DNA of 64,000 nucleotides from Treponema sp. (GCA_016286535.1 JAEESZ010000005.1:156585-220584); one strand, 5' to 3'. Shown: positions 27,869 to 37,758, counted from the first letter of the stretch. Notes: a model not told the origin generated them from the letters alone. Made by a program: numbers and translations.

Positions 27869-28767
27869 AAGTAATTGAAGAACTCTGTTAAATCATCATC
27901 AAAAACAGCCCTTATAAGAGGACGGGCAAGTATAACCTTATCTGCACCAAGGTAGAGGGCTGTCTGTACATCTTTTTTACACCTTATTCCGCCGTCTACC
28001 CAGATTTCATTGCAGTATTTTTTTAGTTCCCAGGCATTGTCATGTAAAAAATCTGCAGTGCTGCCAATTCTTGTTTCAACTCTACCGCCGTGGTTAGAAA
28101 TATAAACAACATCAGGCTTTACTTCTTTTACAAGGTTTATATCTTCAAGGGTAAAAACCCCTTTTATTACAAAGGGAACATCAAAGTTCTTTCTAAAATT
28201 AATAAGCTGGTCCTTTGTTTTTCTTTCAAGGTTCACCAGATTCCTCATTGTTACAATATTATAGGAGTCTATATCAATTCCAATGTATTCTGCATAATCT
28301 TTTACCCAGCCGACTCTTTTGAGTAATACCTGGTCGGGATAGGGTTTTAAAAAGAAGGCGGCCTTTACTTCTTTTGTTTCATTGATTTTTTTAATGGCTT
28401 CTATGCCTAAGTGCAGCTTCTGGTCCGGGTAACCGTCGCCAACGCAAAGTCCAAAGCCTGCCTTAAAAGAAGCGTTCAGATATGAAAAATAAAAATCTTC
28501 TTCCCGGTCATAACCAATGTTTTCTACAGCCCCTGTTACGGGACCACACCTTAAATGGGAAGGCTTTACCTTTATGGAATTTATAAGGGCTTCTTTACCT
28601 TCGTCGCAAAAAAGTCTGTAGTATTTTTTCCATGAGTCAAAATTCAACTGAAAATTCTGGTTTTCGTATACACCGCCAAGTCCCGGCATATTTCCGGGGC
28701 AGCCGTATCCGTCGCAAACTATACAACGGTGGCACTTTAACTGGCCTTTTGAAAGATTAGTCACCAA
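27865..28767 (-). CDS. FMN-dependent alpha-hydroxy-acid oxidase/dehydrogenase-like TIM-barrel protein with N-terminal Cys motif
   Basis: Motifs ISNHGGR and DGGIRCKKDVQTALYLGADKVILARP. The N-terminal Cys motif is CHRCIVCDGYGC. Confidence 0.6.
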   Translation of the reverse strand: MVTNLSKGQLKCHRCIVCDGYGCPGNMPGLGGVYENQNFQLNFDSWKKYYRLFCDEGKEALINSIKVKPSHLRCGPVTGAVENIGYDREEDFYFSYLNASFKAGFGLCVGDGYPDQKLHLGIEAIKKINETKEVKAAFFLKPYPDQVLLKRVGWVKDYAEYIGIDIDSYNIVTMRNLVNLERKTKDQLINFRKNFDVPFVIKGVFTLEDINLVKEVKPDVVYISNHGGRVETRIGSTADFLHDNAWELKKYCNEIWVDGGIRCKKDVQTALYLGADKVILARPLIRAVFDDDLTEFFNYF

Positions 28768-29842
28768 AGCAAATTCCTAAATTACGAGCAGTTAATAACA
28801 TTGGATCATCAGCAGTAATAGATTTTACAGCTCCGGCAACCTTGCTTAATGGCGTTGCAACAATTTCTCCGCCTTTTACTGCAACCAGATTTCCAAATTT
28901 CTTTTCGGCAAGGAAATCTGCGGCTGCGCTTCCAATTTTTGTGGCAAGAATAATGTCGTAAGGAGAAGGATCTCCACCTCTCTGTAAATAACCCAGTACA
29001 GAAGTTCGGGTTTCAAGTCCGGTTTCTGCTTCCAGTTCTTTTGCAACCCTGTAGGCAACAGACTGTGTCATTGCTTCGCGGGCCTTTTTGAATTCTTTTT
29101 TAGAAAGCTTTGCTTCGTTTAAATCAAGGGCACCTTCAGAGCAGGCAATAATTGAATAATTATGACCGGCTTCTTTTCTTGCCTTAATGAATTTTCCAAG
29201 CTTTTTAATGTCATATGGAATTTCCGGAAGGAGGATGGCATCTGCATTTCCTGCAATGCCGGAATATAAGCCCAGCCAGCCCACCTTATGACCCATAATT
29301 TCTACTACCATTACACGACTGTGGCTTCTGGCTGTAGTGCGGATTGCATTTAAGCCGCTGGTTGCAACATCTATGGCTGTTCTAAAACCAAAGGTTTCGT
29401 CAGTTCCAACAATATCATTATCAATAGTTTTTGGAAGTCCTATAACATTAAAACCTTCATCATAAAGCAGGGAGGCGGTTGTGTTTGTTCCGTTTCCGCC
29501 AAGACAAACCAGGGCATCCAGCTTGAATTTTTTGAAAGTCTGTTTAATTCCTTCAACAGGCAAAAGTCCTGTTTTTTCATCTGGTACAGGATTTTTAAAA
29601 GGCTTTACTCTGGAAGTACCAAGAATTGTACCACCGGAACTAATCATGGAATCAAAATCCAGGTCATCCATTTTGAAGCAGTCACCATCAATTAAACCCC
29701 GGTAACCGTTTCTAACGCCAATAAACTTCATATTGTATTTATTTTTTCCTGTAAGGCAGAGGGAACGGATTGCTGCATTAAGGCCCGGGGCATCGCCGCC
29801 AGAAGTTAAAATGCCAATAGTTTTAATGTTATTTGCTTTCAT
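28757..29842 (-). CDS. pfkA: 6-phosphofructokinase (PfkA family)
   Basis: Motifs TSGGDAPGLNAAIR, GGTILGTSR, GGNGT, GLPKTIDNDIVGTDETFGF and VVEIMG. The start MKANNIK at 29842 is preferred; the track ORF to 30022 is an unsupported N-terminal extension. Confidence 0.9.
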   Translation of the reverse strand: MKANNIKTIGILTSGGDAPGLNAAIRSLCLTGKNKYNMKFIGVRNGYRGLIDGDCFKMDDLDFDSMISSGGTILGTSRVKPFKNPVPDEKTGLLPVEGIKQTFKKFKLDALVCLGGNGTNTTASLLYDEGFNVIGLPKTIDNDIVGTDETFGFRTAIDVATSGLNAIRTTARSHSRVMVVEIMGHKVGWLGLYSGIAGNADAILLPEIPYDIKKLGKFIKARKEAGHNYSIIACSEGALDLNEAKLSKKEFKKAREAMTQSVAYRVAKELEAETGLETRTSVLGYLQRGGDPSPYDIILATKIGSAAADFLAEKKFGNLVAVKGGEIVATPLSKVAGAVKSITADDPMLLTARNLGICFGD

Positions 29843-29926
29843 ATTTTTATTATAACTGAAAAACATAAATATGAAATACCTATTTCTAGTATTAATTAAC
29901 ATTATTAAATTTGTTATATTAAAAGA

Positions 29927-30841
29927 ATGAATATTCACAAAATGCAGGTTCTTAAAGAACTTTCGGTAAAAAATGGTCCTTTGTGTGTAGGATTGGATAC
30001 AGACCCTTCTTACATTCCTCAAAATATCCTTGAAAAATATAGTTCGCCAGCCCAGGCTGTTCTTGCCTATAACAAGGCAATTATAGATAGAGTAAGTCAG
30101 AAAAATCTGGCCTGCTGCTGTAAGGTTCAGATTGCTTATTATGAGGCAATGGGACTTGAAGGAATGCAGGTTTATTCGCAGACCTTAAAAATGGTAAGAG
30201 ATTCCGGCTTAATTGCAATTTCAGATATTAAGCGTGGTGATATTGGAGCAACTTCAGATGCTTATGCAAAAGCTCATTTTACCGGAGATTTTGAAACAGA
30301 TATTATTACAATAAATCCTTATATGGGTTTTGATACCCTTCAGCCATTTACAAAATATTCTACAGCAGACAAGGGCGGAAAGGGTGCTTTTGTCCTTTTG
30401 TGTACTTCTAATCCTGGCATGGTTGATATTGAACATCAGGAATTAAAGAGCGGCGGCCTTCTTCTTGAACATGTTGGCGATGAAATTGAGCGCATTGGCA
30501 AAGAATGGCAGTCAGAGTATCCTGAACAGACCTGCGGTATTTTTGGAGCCGTTGTTGGTGCAACCCAGGAAGCAGATGCAAATTATCTTCGTAACAAATA
30601 CAGTAATACGTTTTTTTTAATACCAGGATATGGTGCTCAGGGCGGAGCTGCAAGAATAGCAGCAACTCTGCTTAAAGAGGCAGGCGGAACAGTAAATTCA
30701 AGCCGCGGCATTTTATGTGCATGGAAAAAATCAGAAAAATGTCAGAATAAAGTGCTTACTCTGGATGACCTTGCTCAGGCAGCAGAAGATGCCAGCCTTG
30801 CAGCAAAGCAGGATTTACTTGCTGCCTTCGCTTCTCTCTAA
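29927..30841 (+). CDS. pyrF: Orotidine 5'-phosphate decarboxylase, type 2
   Basis: Motifs LCVGLDTDPSYIP and ISDIKRGDIGATS, about 300 aa long. The ATG at 29942 is an alternative start. Confidence 0.85.
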   Translation: MNIHKMQVLKELSVKNGPLCVGLDTDPSYIPQNILEKYSSPAQAVLAYNKAIIDRVSQKNLACCCKVQIAYYEAMGLEGMQVYSQTLKMVRDSGLIAISDIKRGDIGATSDAYAKAHFTGDFETDIITINPYMGFDTLQPFTKYSTADKGGKGAFVLLCTSNPGMVDIEHQELKSGGLLLEHVGDEIERIGKEWQSEYPEQTCGIFGAVVGATQEADANYLRNKYSNTFFLIPGYGAQGGAARIAATLLKEAGGTVNSSRGILCAWKKSEKCQNKVLTLDDLAQAAEDASLAAKQDLLAAFASL

Positions 30842-30869
30842 CGTGGCACTCTAAAAACGAGGTGATTCA

Positions 30870-31511
30870 ATGAAAAAATTAAAGATTTTGCTTACAGGAT
30901 TAATGATGCTTGTGGGAACTTCCGGCATTTTTGCTCTGGAACTTGAAACGGTTTGCGACCAGCTTTCAAAAAATCCTGTAACCCGCGGTGATTTTGTTCA
31001 GAAAAAATCAATTACTACCGTAAAGGGAACCAGAGAATTAAAATCTAACGGAAATTATGTTTTCTGCGCAGACGGAATTATGTGGAAAACAGAAAAACCT
31101 TTTCCTTCTTCTATGGTTGTAACAAAAACAAGAATTGTTCAGACAGCAGCAGACGGAAAAGAAACTGTTATAGATGGAAGAGATAACCAGACCTTTGCAA
31201 GTATTGCTTCTGCAATTTCTGCAATTTTTTCTAATGACCTGAAGCTTCTGCAGGAAACTTTTAATATAAGTTTTCTTCAATTCAAAAGCGATGCTTCTGC
31301 ATGGGAAATGCTTCTTGAAGCAAAAGACTCAACAATTTCTTCTGTAATGACAAAAATGAGTGTAAAGGGAACATCTATAAACAACCATTCAGATATTAAC
31401 TCTATTACTCTTTATGAAGCATCTGCAAATACAATTACTTATGAATTTTCAAATCAAAAGTATTCTAAGGAGTTAAGCTCTGATGAAAAAAATATCTTCT
31501 TTGCTCAATAA
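30870..31511 (+). CDS. LolA-like outer-membrane lipoprotein carrier family protein
   Basis: Signal peptide followed by the LolA-like pattern F.Q.K....... and about 210 aa in length. It is followed by an MMPL exporter. Confidence 0.55.
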   Translation: MKKLKILLTGLMMLVGTSGIFALELETVCDQLSKNPVTRGDFVQKKSITTVKGTRELKSNGNYVFCADGIMWKTEKPFPSSMVVTKTRIVQTAADGKETVIDGRDNQTFASIASAISAIFSNDLKLLQETFNISFLQFKSDASAWEMLLEAKDSTISSVMTKMSVKGTSINNHSDINSITLYEASANTITYEFSNQKYSKELSSDEKNIFFAQ

Positions 31512-33861
31512 GCTTACAAACAAACATTACTTATCTGCCTGGGCAGTTTTTCACGGCGGTCTTTTTTTATTTTTCTTAATAACACTTTTAGTTCATAAGG
31601 GCGACTTATTTATAGATTCAGATTTATTTAATATGCTGCCCCGTCCACTCGAAAATGAATCAATCAGAATTGCAGACGAAAAACTTTCCGAAGCAACCGG
31701 ACAGAATGTTTTTATTCTTGTAAAAAATGATGATTTTAATCTGGCAAAAGATAGTGCCAGACAGGTTTATGAACAGCTGCAGGGCAGTTCAAATTTTAAA
31801 AGCCTGACTTTTTATACCGATATGAATGCCCTTTCCTCGGTAACAGACTACATTTACCAGAACCGCTGGAACCTGCTCGACGAAGCTTCCATTAATCTTA
31901 TAAACAATGGCGGCCGGGAAGAGTTTGCTTACAATGCCCTTATGCAGGCCTACAGTCCTTTTACCATTCTTCCTTTAGACAACCTGGAAGAAGACCCTTT
32001 TATGCTTACCGAAAAAGAAGTGTCTAATTATCTGCAGGCTTTTTCTTCTTCGGGAACTTCTTTTTCTGTAAAAGACGGAGTTATGGCCAACCAGGTAGAT
32101 GGAAAATGGTATGTAATGATAAGAGGTATTTTAAGTAAAAAGGGAGCTGCCCTTGCCTCTAAAGATAACGGTATTGCAGAAATCTACAGGGTTTGTCAAA
32201 AACCATATACAGAAGGAAGTGAATTTGTTTTTTCCGGAACTCCCTTCCACAGTCACAAATCTTCTACTTCGGCAACAAGAGAAATCACCATTATTTCGCT
32301 GGTTTCTCTTTCCCTGGTAGTTATCATCCTTCTTATTGTATTCCGTTCTTCAATTCCGATTTTTGCCAGCGTTTTTTCAATTCTTGTTTCTATTGGTGTT
32401 GCAGTAACAACAACTCTGGCAGTCTTTCATAAGATGCACATCCTTACTCTTGTATTTGGAACCTCTTTAATTGGTTCCTGCATAGATTACAGTCTGCATT
32501 ATTTTGCCCACTGGGCCGGAAACAGCAGCTTAAAATCCGGCTCGCAAATAAGAAGACACCTGCTTTCGGGACTTGTTCTGGCAATTATTTCTACCTGTCT
32601 TTGTTATGCAATCCTTTTACTTGCTCCTTTTGATTTACTTAAACAGATGTCCCTCTTCTCTTTTGTAGGTTTAATCTCTTCTTTCCTTACAACAATTGCA
32701 ATCTTTCCATTTATTCCTCTTCCAAAAGGGGAGCGCAAAATTAAATATGCAAAGATTTTGCAGCCAACAGAGAATAAAGCCCGCAAAAAATTTATTGGCC
32801 GCTTTGGAATTACCCTTCTATTTGTAATTACCATTGGTTCAATTTTAATTTTTAATAAGCGGGTTAGAATAGAAAATGATATGTATAAGCTTTATTCCAT
32901 GAAGGGTACTCTGCTCGAAATGGAAAACGAAGCCCGCAGCGTAACAAAATATTTCCCTTCAGGCTGGTTCATTATAAGTGGTGATACAGAAGAAGAGGCC
33001 TTGAAACTGGAAAAAGAAGTTGCCGCAAAAATTACGGAAGCAACAAAGGGAGCTCATGGATATTTAAGCACTTCTTTATTTGTTCCAACTATCGAACAGC
33101 AGAAAAAATCACGCGAAGCCTGCCGTAAACTTCTTGATATGTGCCAAGAGCAGCTTGAAACTTTGGGTTTTGATTCTTCTTATGCAGATAAGATTCGCGA
33201 AGATTTTAATGCTTCGGAAGGAAAATATATTTCGATGGAAGACGGAAGCCTTCCTCAGTATTTAAAAGATGCTTTATCTACAGCATGGCTTGGAAAACTT
33301 GGCAGTAAGTATTACACAGTCGTAATGCCAAATAAAATAGATGACCCAAAACTTTTTAAAGAGCTTTTTAAGGATTATGATAATGTTTATTTTGTAAGTA
33401 AAATGGCCGATTTAGGAGAATCTTTGGATAAACTTACTTCCATGGTTTTAAAATTCTTCTTAATTGCCTATATCCTTATGTTCATTCTTTTGAAGTTCTT
33501 CTACAAACTTAAGCAGACCCTTAAGATTGTTTCAATTCCATTACTTATTGTTCTGGTAACTTCTGCAGTTTTTGCAATCTTTAATATCAGACTGGAGTTT
33601 TTCTCTGTAACCGGTTTAATTCTTGTTTTTGGACTTGGTCTGGATTACATCATCTATATGATGGAGAATGAAAAACCAAAAAGTGATGAAAATAAAACTC
33701 TGGAACCATTTGCAATTATGCTTTCTTTTATAACAACAATAATTTCTTTTGGTGCCTTAAGTTTAAGTTCTTTTGTACCGGTTCATCTTATGGGGCTTTC
33801 AATTTTCTTAGGACTGGCAACGGCTTATATAAGTTCTATGCTTTATGACCGTTCCTTCTAA
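31483..33861 (+). CDS. MMPL/RND-superfamily exporter
   Basis: A 792-aa protein with two blocks of about 6 TM helices, each preceded by a large soluble loop. It overlaps the LolA-like gene 3' end. Confidence 0.7.
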   Translation: MKKISSLLNKLTNKHYLSAWAVFHGGLFLFFLITLLVHKGDLFIDSDLFNMLPRPLENESIRIADEKLSEATGQNVFILVKNDDFNLAKDSARQVYEQLQGSSNFKSLTFYTDMNALSSVTDYIYQNRWNLLDEASINLINNGGREEFAYNALMQAYSPFTILPLDNLEEDPFMLTEKEVSNYLQAFSSSGTSFSVKDGVMANQVDGKWYVMIRGILSKKGAALASKDNGIAEIYRVCQKPYTEGSEFVFSGTPFHSHKSSTSATREITIISLVSLSLVVIILLIVFRSSIPIFASVFSILVSIGVAVTTTLAVFHKMHILTLVFGTSLIGSCIDYSLHYFAHWAGNSSLKSGSQIRRHLLSGLVLAIISTCLCYAILLLAPFDLLKQMSLFSFVGLISSFLTTIAIFPFIPLPKGERKIKYAKILQPTENKARKKFIGRFGITLLFVITIGSILIFNKRVRIENDMYKLYSMKGTLLEMENEARSVTKYFPSGWFIISGDTEEEALKLEKEVAAKITEATKGAHGYLSTSLFVPTIEQQKKSREACRKLLDMCQEQLETLGFDSSYADKIREDFNASEGKYISMEDGSLPQYLKDALSTAWLGKLGSKYYTVVMPNKIDDPKLFKELFKDYDNVYFVSKMADLGESLDKLTSMVLKFFLIAYILMFILLKFFYKLKQTLKIVSIPLLIVLVTSAVFAIFNIRLEFFSVTGLILVFGLGLDYIIYMMENEKPKSDENKTLEPFAIMLSFITTIISFGALSLSSFVPVHLMGLSIFLGLATAYISSMLYDRSF

Positions 33862-33929
33862 AAAACTTGTTTTTAGCTGAAGCTCTGGACTGTTTAGAAG
33901 CCGGAGCACCAGGCTTGATAGAGGTAATT

Positions 33930-34547
33930 ATGAAAAAATCTGCTTTATTTTGTAAAAATCTTTTTTGCGCAGGCCTTTGCCTTTCTGCTTTACTTTTGAC
34001 TTCCTGCGTGAGCGTAAAAAAACTCAATAATCTTTCTAAGGTTTATGTTACAAATACAAAGCAGATAAATCTTCTTCCTCCGGAAGATATTGCTGATGAG
34101 CTGGATGATTTAATGCTTTTTAAGGGGGATTTTAACGGCCTTGCAATCAATCTTCCGGCCCTGGTTCAGGCAGATTCACAGGGCATATACATCACACTCT
34201 TAAATGATTTTGGAACCGATATGGGAAGCATTTCTTATGACGGATTTTCTGCTCAGGTCGATATGGCAATCCTTCCTTCAAAATTAAAAATTGAATATAT
34301 CATAAACGATTTTCAAAATGCCTTTTATAAAGAAGAAAAACTGAGACAGAATCTGAAGGCTTCAAAGCTTGATTTTAAGGTGCTTAAGGCCGATGAGGGA
34401 GAAGATGCTGCCGAATCTGATAGTGGAGAAATCAGACAGGTTTATAGCGGCAATAAACTGATTGAAGAAATTACAATAAACAGTCAGGGTGCAGCTATAA
34501 AGAATCTTTTACGCGGCTATTCTTTTTCTCTTTATTTTCTCCAGTAA
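33930..34547 (+). CDS. Lipoprotein, DUF3261-like
   Basis: Lipobox LLLTSC. The LLPP...ISYDG pattern resembles DUF3261 as I recall it. The start at 33930 (MKKSALF) is preferred. Confidence 0.45.
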   Translation: MKKSALFCKNLFCAGLCLSALLLTSCVSVKKLNNLSKVYVTNTKQINLLPPEDIADELDDLMLFKGDFNGLAINLPALVQADSQGIYITLLNDFGTDMGSISYDGFSAQVDMAILPSKLKIEYIINDFQNAFYKEEKLRQNLKASKLDFKVLKADEGEDAAESDSGEIRQVYSGNKLIEEITINSQGAAIKNLLRGYSFSLYFLQ

Positions 34548-35977
34548 GAAGGCATAAAGAAGATAATCATAGTATACAGTTCAAGACGGCCGGCCAGCAT
34601 TGCAAAGCAGTACCACCATTTTACAAAATCTGGTAAGAAGCCGTAGTTTGAACTTGGTCCAAGAAGATTAAAGGCAGGTCCAACGTTTCCTACCATACTT
34701 AAAGCTCCCGTAAAAGCAGAAAAAACATCAAGTTTTCCAATGCAGCCAACCAGGGTTGTAAGGGCAACTAAAAGTGCGTAAAGGGTCATAAAGGCTGTAA
34801 CTGTAAAGACAATATCTTTGCGGCCAACCCGATTATTTAATCTTACTGTAAAAATTCCGTGAGGATGCAGCATCTTTTTAGTTTCGTTATTAACCTGCTT
34901 GCACAAAATTACCCATCTGATTACTTTAATTCCTCCGGAAGTTGAACCTGAACAGCCTCCAATAAAGAAAAGAAGGAAAATCCAGAACTGGGCAGTAGAA
35001 GGCCAGTTCAAATAATCAGCTGTGGCAAAGCCTGTTGTGGTCATAATTGTGGCAACCTGGAAAGAAGAATAGCGGAGGGCAGTCCCGGCCGAATGGTAAA
35101 ATGGCATTACACTGATTGTGATTGCAGTTACAAAGAAGAGAATTAAAACCAGATAAACCTTAAATTCTGAGTTATCTATAATATCTCTGAATTTTCCTGT
35201 AAAGAGGGAATAAAAAAGACTGAAGTTTATGCCGCTAAAGAACATAAACACAGTACAGATAATTTCTATTGCTAAAGAATTATAGGAACCGATTGAAGAA
35301 TTCTGGCTTGAAAAACCTCCGGTACCCAGAGTAGAAAGGGCATGACTCAGGGCATCTACAAAATCCATGCCGGCCAGCTTTAAAAGAAGAGCTTCTAAAA
35401 GGGTAAGGCCAATATAAATCAGCCACAAGATTTTTGCTGTAGTTGTAATGCGGGCAGTTACCTTTCCTTTTTCCGGGCCGGTAGTTTCGGCTTTAATTAA
35501 CTGAAATCCGCCTACTCCTAAAAGAGGAAGCAGGGCAACTGTTAAAGTTACAATTCCCATACCGCCCAGCCAGTGGGTAAGACAGCGCAGAACATTTACA
35601 GAGCGGGGAAGACTTTCTACATCACTCAGGATTGTGGCTCCGGTGGTAGAAAAGCCCGAAACACTTTCGAAGAGGGCGTTTGTATAGGAAGAAAAACAAC
35701 CGCTGAAGTAGAGGGGAATTGAGCCCATCACACTGGCAGCAACCCAGAAAATAGCAACAAGTAAAAAAGTGTTATGAGTTGAAAGATGAAAGTCCAGCTT
35801 CCGGGTTGGAAGGTTTATTGCAAGAAGAAGGACAAAACTTACCAGCATAGGAATGAGGAAGGGCAGAATCATGGAAGTTTCGCCATAAAAAAGTGCTACT
35901 GTAAGGGGAAGGGTAAAGGTTGCCCCGACAATAGCCAGAAGTATTGATGTGATTTTTAAAACAAGAACAAAAAACAT
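34532..35977 (-). CDS. trkH: Trk-type potassium uptake protein TrkH
   Basis: A 481-aa polytopic protein with repeated pore-loop-like GFSTTG, TLGTGGF, TTTGFAT and MVGNVGP motifs. It lies downstream of trkA. Confidence 0.85.
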   Translation of the reverse strand: MFFVLVLKITSILLAIVGATFTLPLTVALFYGETSMILPFLIPMLVSFVLLLAINLPTRKLDFHLSTHNTFLLVAIFWVAASVMGSIPLYFSGCFSSYTNALFESVSGFSTTGATILSDVESLPRSVNVLRCLTHWLGGMGIVTLTVALLPLLGVGGFQLIKAETTGPEKGKVTARITTTAKILWLIYIGLTLLEALLLKLAGMDFVDALSHALSTLGTGGFSSQNSSIGSYNSLAIEIICTVFMFFSGINFSLFYSLFTGKFRDIIDNSEFKVYLVLILFFVTAITISVMPFYHSAGTALRYSSFQVATIMTTTGFATADYLNWPSTAQFWIFLLFFIGGCSGSTSGGIKVIRWVILCKQVNNETKKMLHPHGIFTVRLNNRVGRKDIVFTVTAFMTLYALLVALTTLVGCIGKLDVFSAFTGALSMVGNVGPAFNLLGPSSNYGFLPDFVKWWYCFAMLAGRLELYTMIIFFMPSYWRK

Positions 35978-36000
35978 ATAATTTTCCTTCTTTTTGCGAA

Positions 36001-37428
36001 TTAATTTCCTGTAAAACTGGCTAAAACTTTTTTAGTGTTATTAGCATTGGAAATTAAAACAACTCTATCAGAAGCTAAAATCTTAGTATTTCCATCTACA
36101 ATAGTGTATTCTGAAAGGCCGGGTTTTCTAATCATAAGGACAAGGAAGGTTCCGGGATTTGCAATCTCCTTAAGGGCCTTGCCTTCGAACTTGGCATTTG
36201 TTGTTACTTCACATTCAACAACCTCAAGCTGGCCGTTGGTAACAGTATGAATCTCTTTTACTGCTTTTCCCCGCAGATGACTCATAATGGAATCTACAAC
36301 AGTGTCTCTTAAAGGAATGGCAACATCAACACCAAGTTTGTCTGCAATGGTTACAAACTGGGCAGAACTTACAAGGCTTATAGACTGTCCGACACCAATA
36401 GATTCAAGGTAGGCTGCAAGAACCATGTTTAATTCATGATTATGGGTTGTACAGATTGCCAGGTCAAAATTGTTGATTCCTTCCTCGCGCAGAAAATTTT
36501 CATCCGAAGCATCGGCGCACATAACGCGGGCGTTAGGAAACTTTACGGCACTTGCCTTTGCAAGCGAATCATTATTATCAATAATTACAAAGTCCTGGGA
36601 AGCTCGTCCTGTAAAAAGTCGGGTGAAGGAATAGTTTTTTTCAGGTAAAAGTTTTTCTGCAACTATGGTTCCGATTCTTCCGGCTCCAATAAGGGCAACC
36701 TTTTTTAATGGTTTTTGCTGGCTTCCGCAAAGGGCCAGAATTGAAGGAATATCGTTTTTTTCTGCTAGAATGCCAAGAGTGTCGCCTGCATTTATGGCAG
36801 TGTCGCCGGAAGGAAGGGAAGTTTCTCCCTGTTTTTCTACATAGGCAACCAGGAATTTAAGTTCTGTTTTAGTCCTGATATCTTTTAAGCTGATGCCGTC
36901 CAGGGCAGATTCTGCATTGACTGTAACCCGGGCAATTTCCAGCTGGGAATTATCAAAGGTAAGAACGTTTCCAATGGCACCGTTTTCTACGGCTTTTACA
37001 ATTGCGTCTGCCGCTTCTACATCGGGGTGAATCATATAGTCAATTCCGTAGAGAGGGCGGTGCTTGGAGCCGAATTCATTTGAGTGCTTTTTCTGCGCGT
37101 TGGCGGTGTTTACGTAGTAGGCGTAGTTGCGGACGCGGGCTATTTTAAGGATGTTTGGGTAAACGTTATCTACAAGGGAACAGGTAATCATATTTACTTC
37201 GTCGCTGGAAGTTACACAGATAAGGGCATCTGCTTTTGCAACTCCTACCGATTCCAGTGTTTCTAGATTGTTACCATCGGCACACAAAACCGTACAGTCT
37301 AACTGATTGGAAGCGTGTCTGATGGTATCTTCGTTATTGTCTATGATTGCAACCTGATTTTTTTCGTTAATTAAAAGTTTGGCAAGCTGTACACCGGTAA
37401 AGCCTGCCCCTACAATTACTATTTTCAT
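36001..37428 (-). CDS. trkA: Trk system NAD-binding protein TrkA
   Basis: Two Rossmann motifs (IVIVGAGFTG and ALIGAGRIG) plus two TrkA-C-like segments, 475 aa in total. Confidence 0.85.
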   Translation of the reverse strand: MKIVIVGAGFTGVQLAKLLINEKNQVAIIDNNEDTIRHASNQLDCTVLCADGNNLETLESVGVAKADALICVTSSDEVNMITCSLVDNVYPNILKIARVRNYAYYVNTANAQKKHSNEFGSKHRPLYGIDYMIHPDVEAADAIVKAVENGAIGNVLTFDNSQLEIARVTVNAESALDGISLKDIRTKTELKFLVAYVEKQGETSLPSGDTAINAGDTLGILAEKNDIPSILALCGSQQKPLKKVALIGAGRIGTIVAEKLLPEKNYSFTRLFTGRASQDFVIIDNNDSLAKASAVKFPNARVMCADASDENFLREEGINNFDLAICTTHNHELNMVLAAYLESIGVGQSISLVSSAQFVTIADKLGVDVAIPLRDTVVDSIMSHLRGKAVKEIHTVTNGQLEVVECEVTTNAKFEGKALKEIANPGTFLVLMIRKPGLSEYTIVDGNTKILASDRVVLISNANNTKKVLASFTGN

Positions 37429-37498
37429 ACTATTATTATACTATAAATACGAAAATAGTAAAATCTGAAAGGCGGGGATGAGCATTGCGCACTGAGGG

Positions 37499-37700
37499 GC
37501 AAAGGAATATTTTTTAGTAAAAATGCTTTCAGCAAGAACCGTATTTATGCTCCGCCGAGAAGCCTCGTCGTTCGCAAAGCTCACTTTGTGTCTTAATTAC
37601 AGAAAGAATCTACACTATCGGCTTCAACGCTCCGCAAAATCCGAACCTTGCTTTCGCATTTTTATGTATATTTTTTGGCCCGCGCTCCGCTCCCTTGTGC
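37499..37700 (+). repeat. Left arm of a ~200-bp inverted repeat flanking panT-coaX
   Basis: About 90% identical by eye to the reverse complement of 39347-39549. For example, atgctccgccgagaagcctcgtcgttcgcaaagctcactttgtg and cggcttcaacgctccgcaaaatccgaaccttgctttcgcatttttatgtata are shared. Confidence 0.8.
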
Positions 37701-37731
37701 CATTGAAACGGGAACAAATCTGTTTTTACAA
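37699..37731 (+). repeat. 33-nt module gccattgaaacgggaacAaatctgtttttacaa (copy 1)
   Basis: Repeated in direct orientation at 39629-39661 with one mismatch. Confidence 0.75.
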
Positions 37732-37758
37732 GAATGATTTGCCCCGTGCAGATGAAGT

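Noticed and set aside
29843-30022. Long N-terminal extensions suggested by the ORF track (pfkA to 30022, hydrogenase-MCP to 22902, TatD from 24689, lipase from 62666, thiamine pyrophosphokinase from 39633, panT to 38445).
   Set aside because: The extensions overlap neighbouring genes or promoter and repeat DNA and lack a Shine-Dalgarno. Internal ATGs with good Shine-Dalgarno sequences give canonical family N-termini.
37701-37731. A CRISPR-repeat-like string. The 33-nt module contains ATTGAAAC, the typical 3' handle of type I/III repeats, and recurs at 39631-39661.
   Set aside because: There are only two copies, about 1.9 kb apart, with genes between them. There is no regular repeat-spacer periodicity and no cas genes in the window. 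I treat it as part of a dispersed intergenic repeat.
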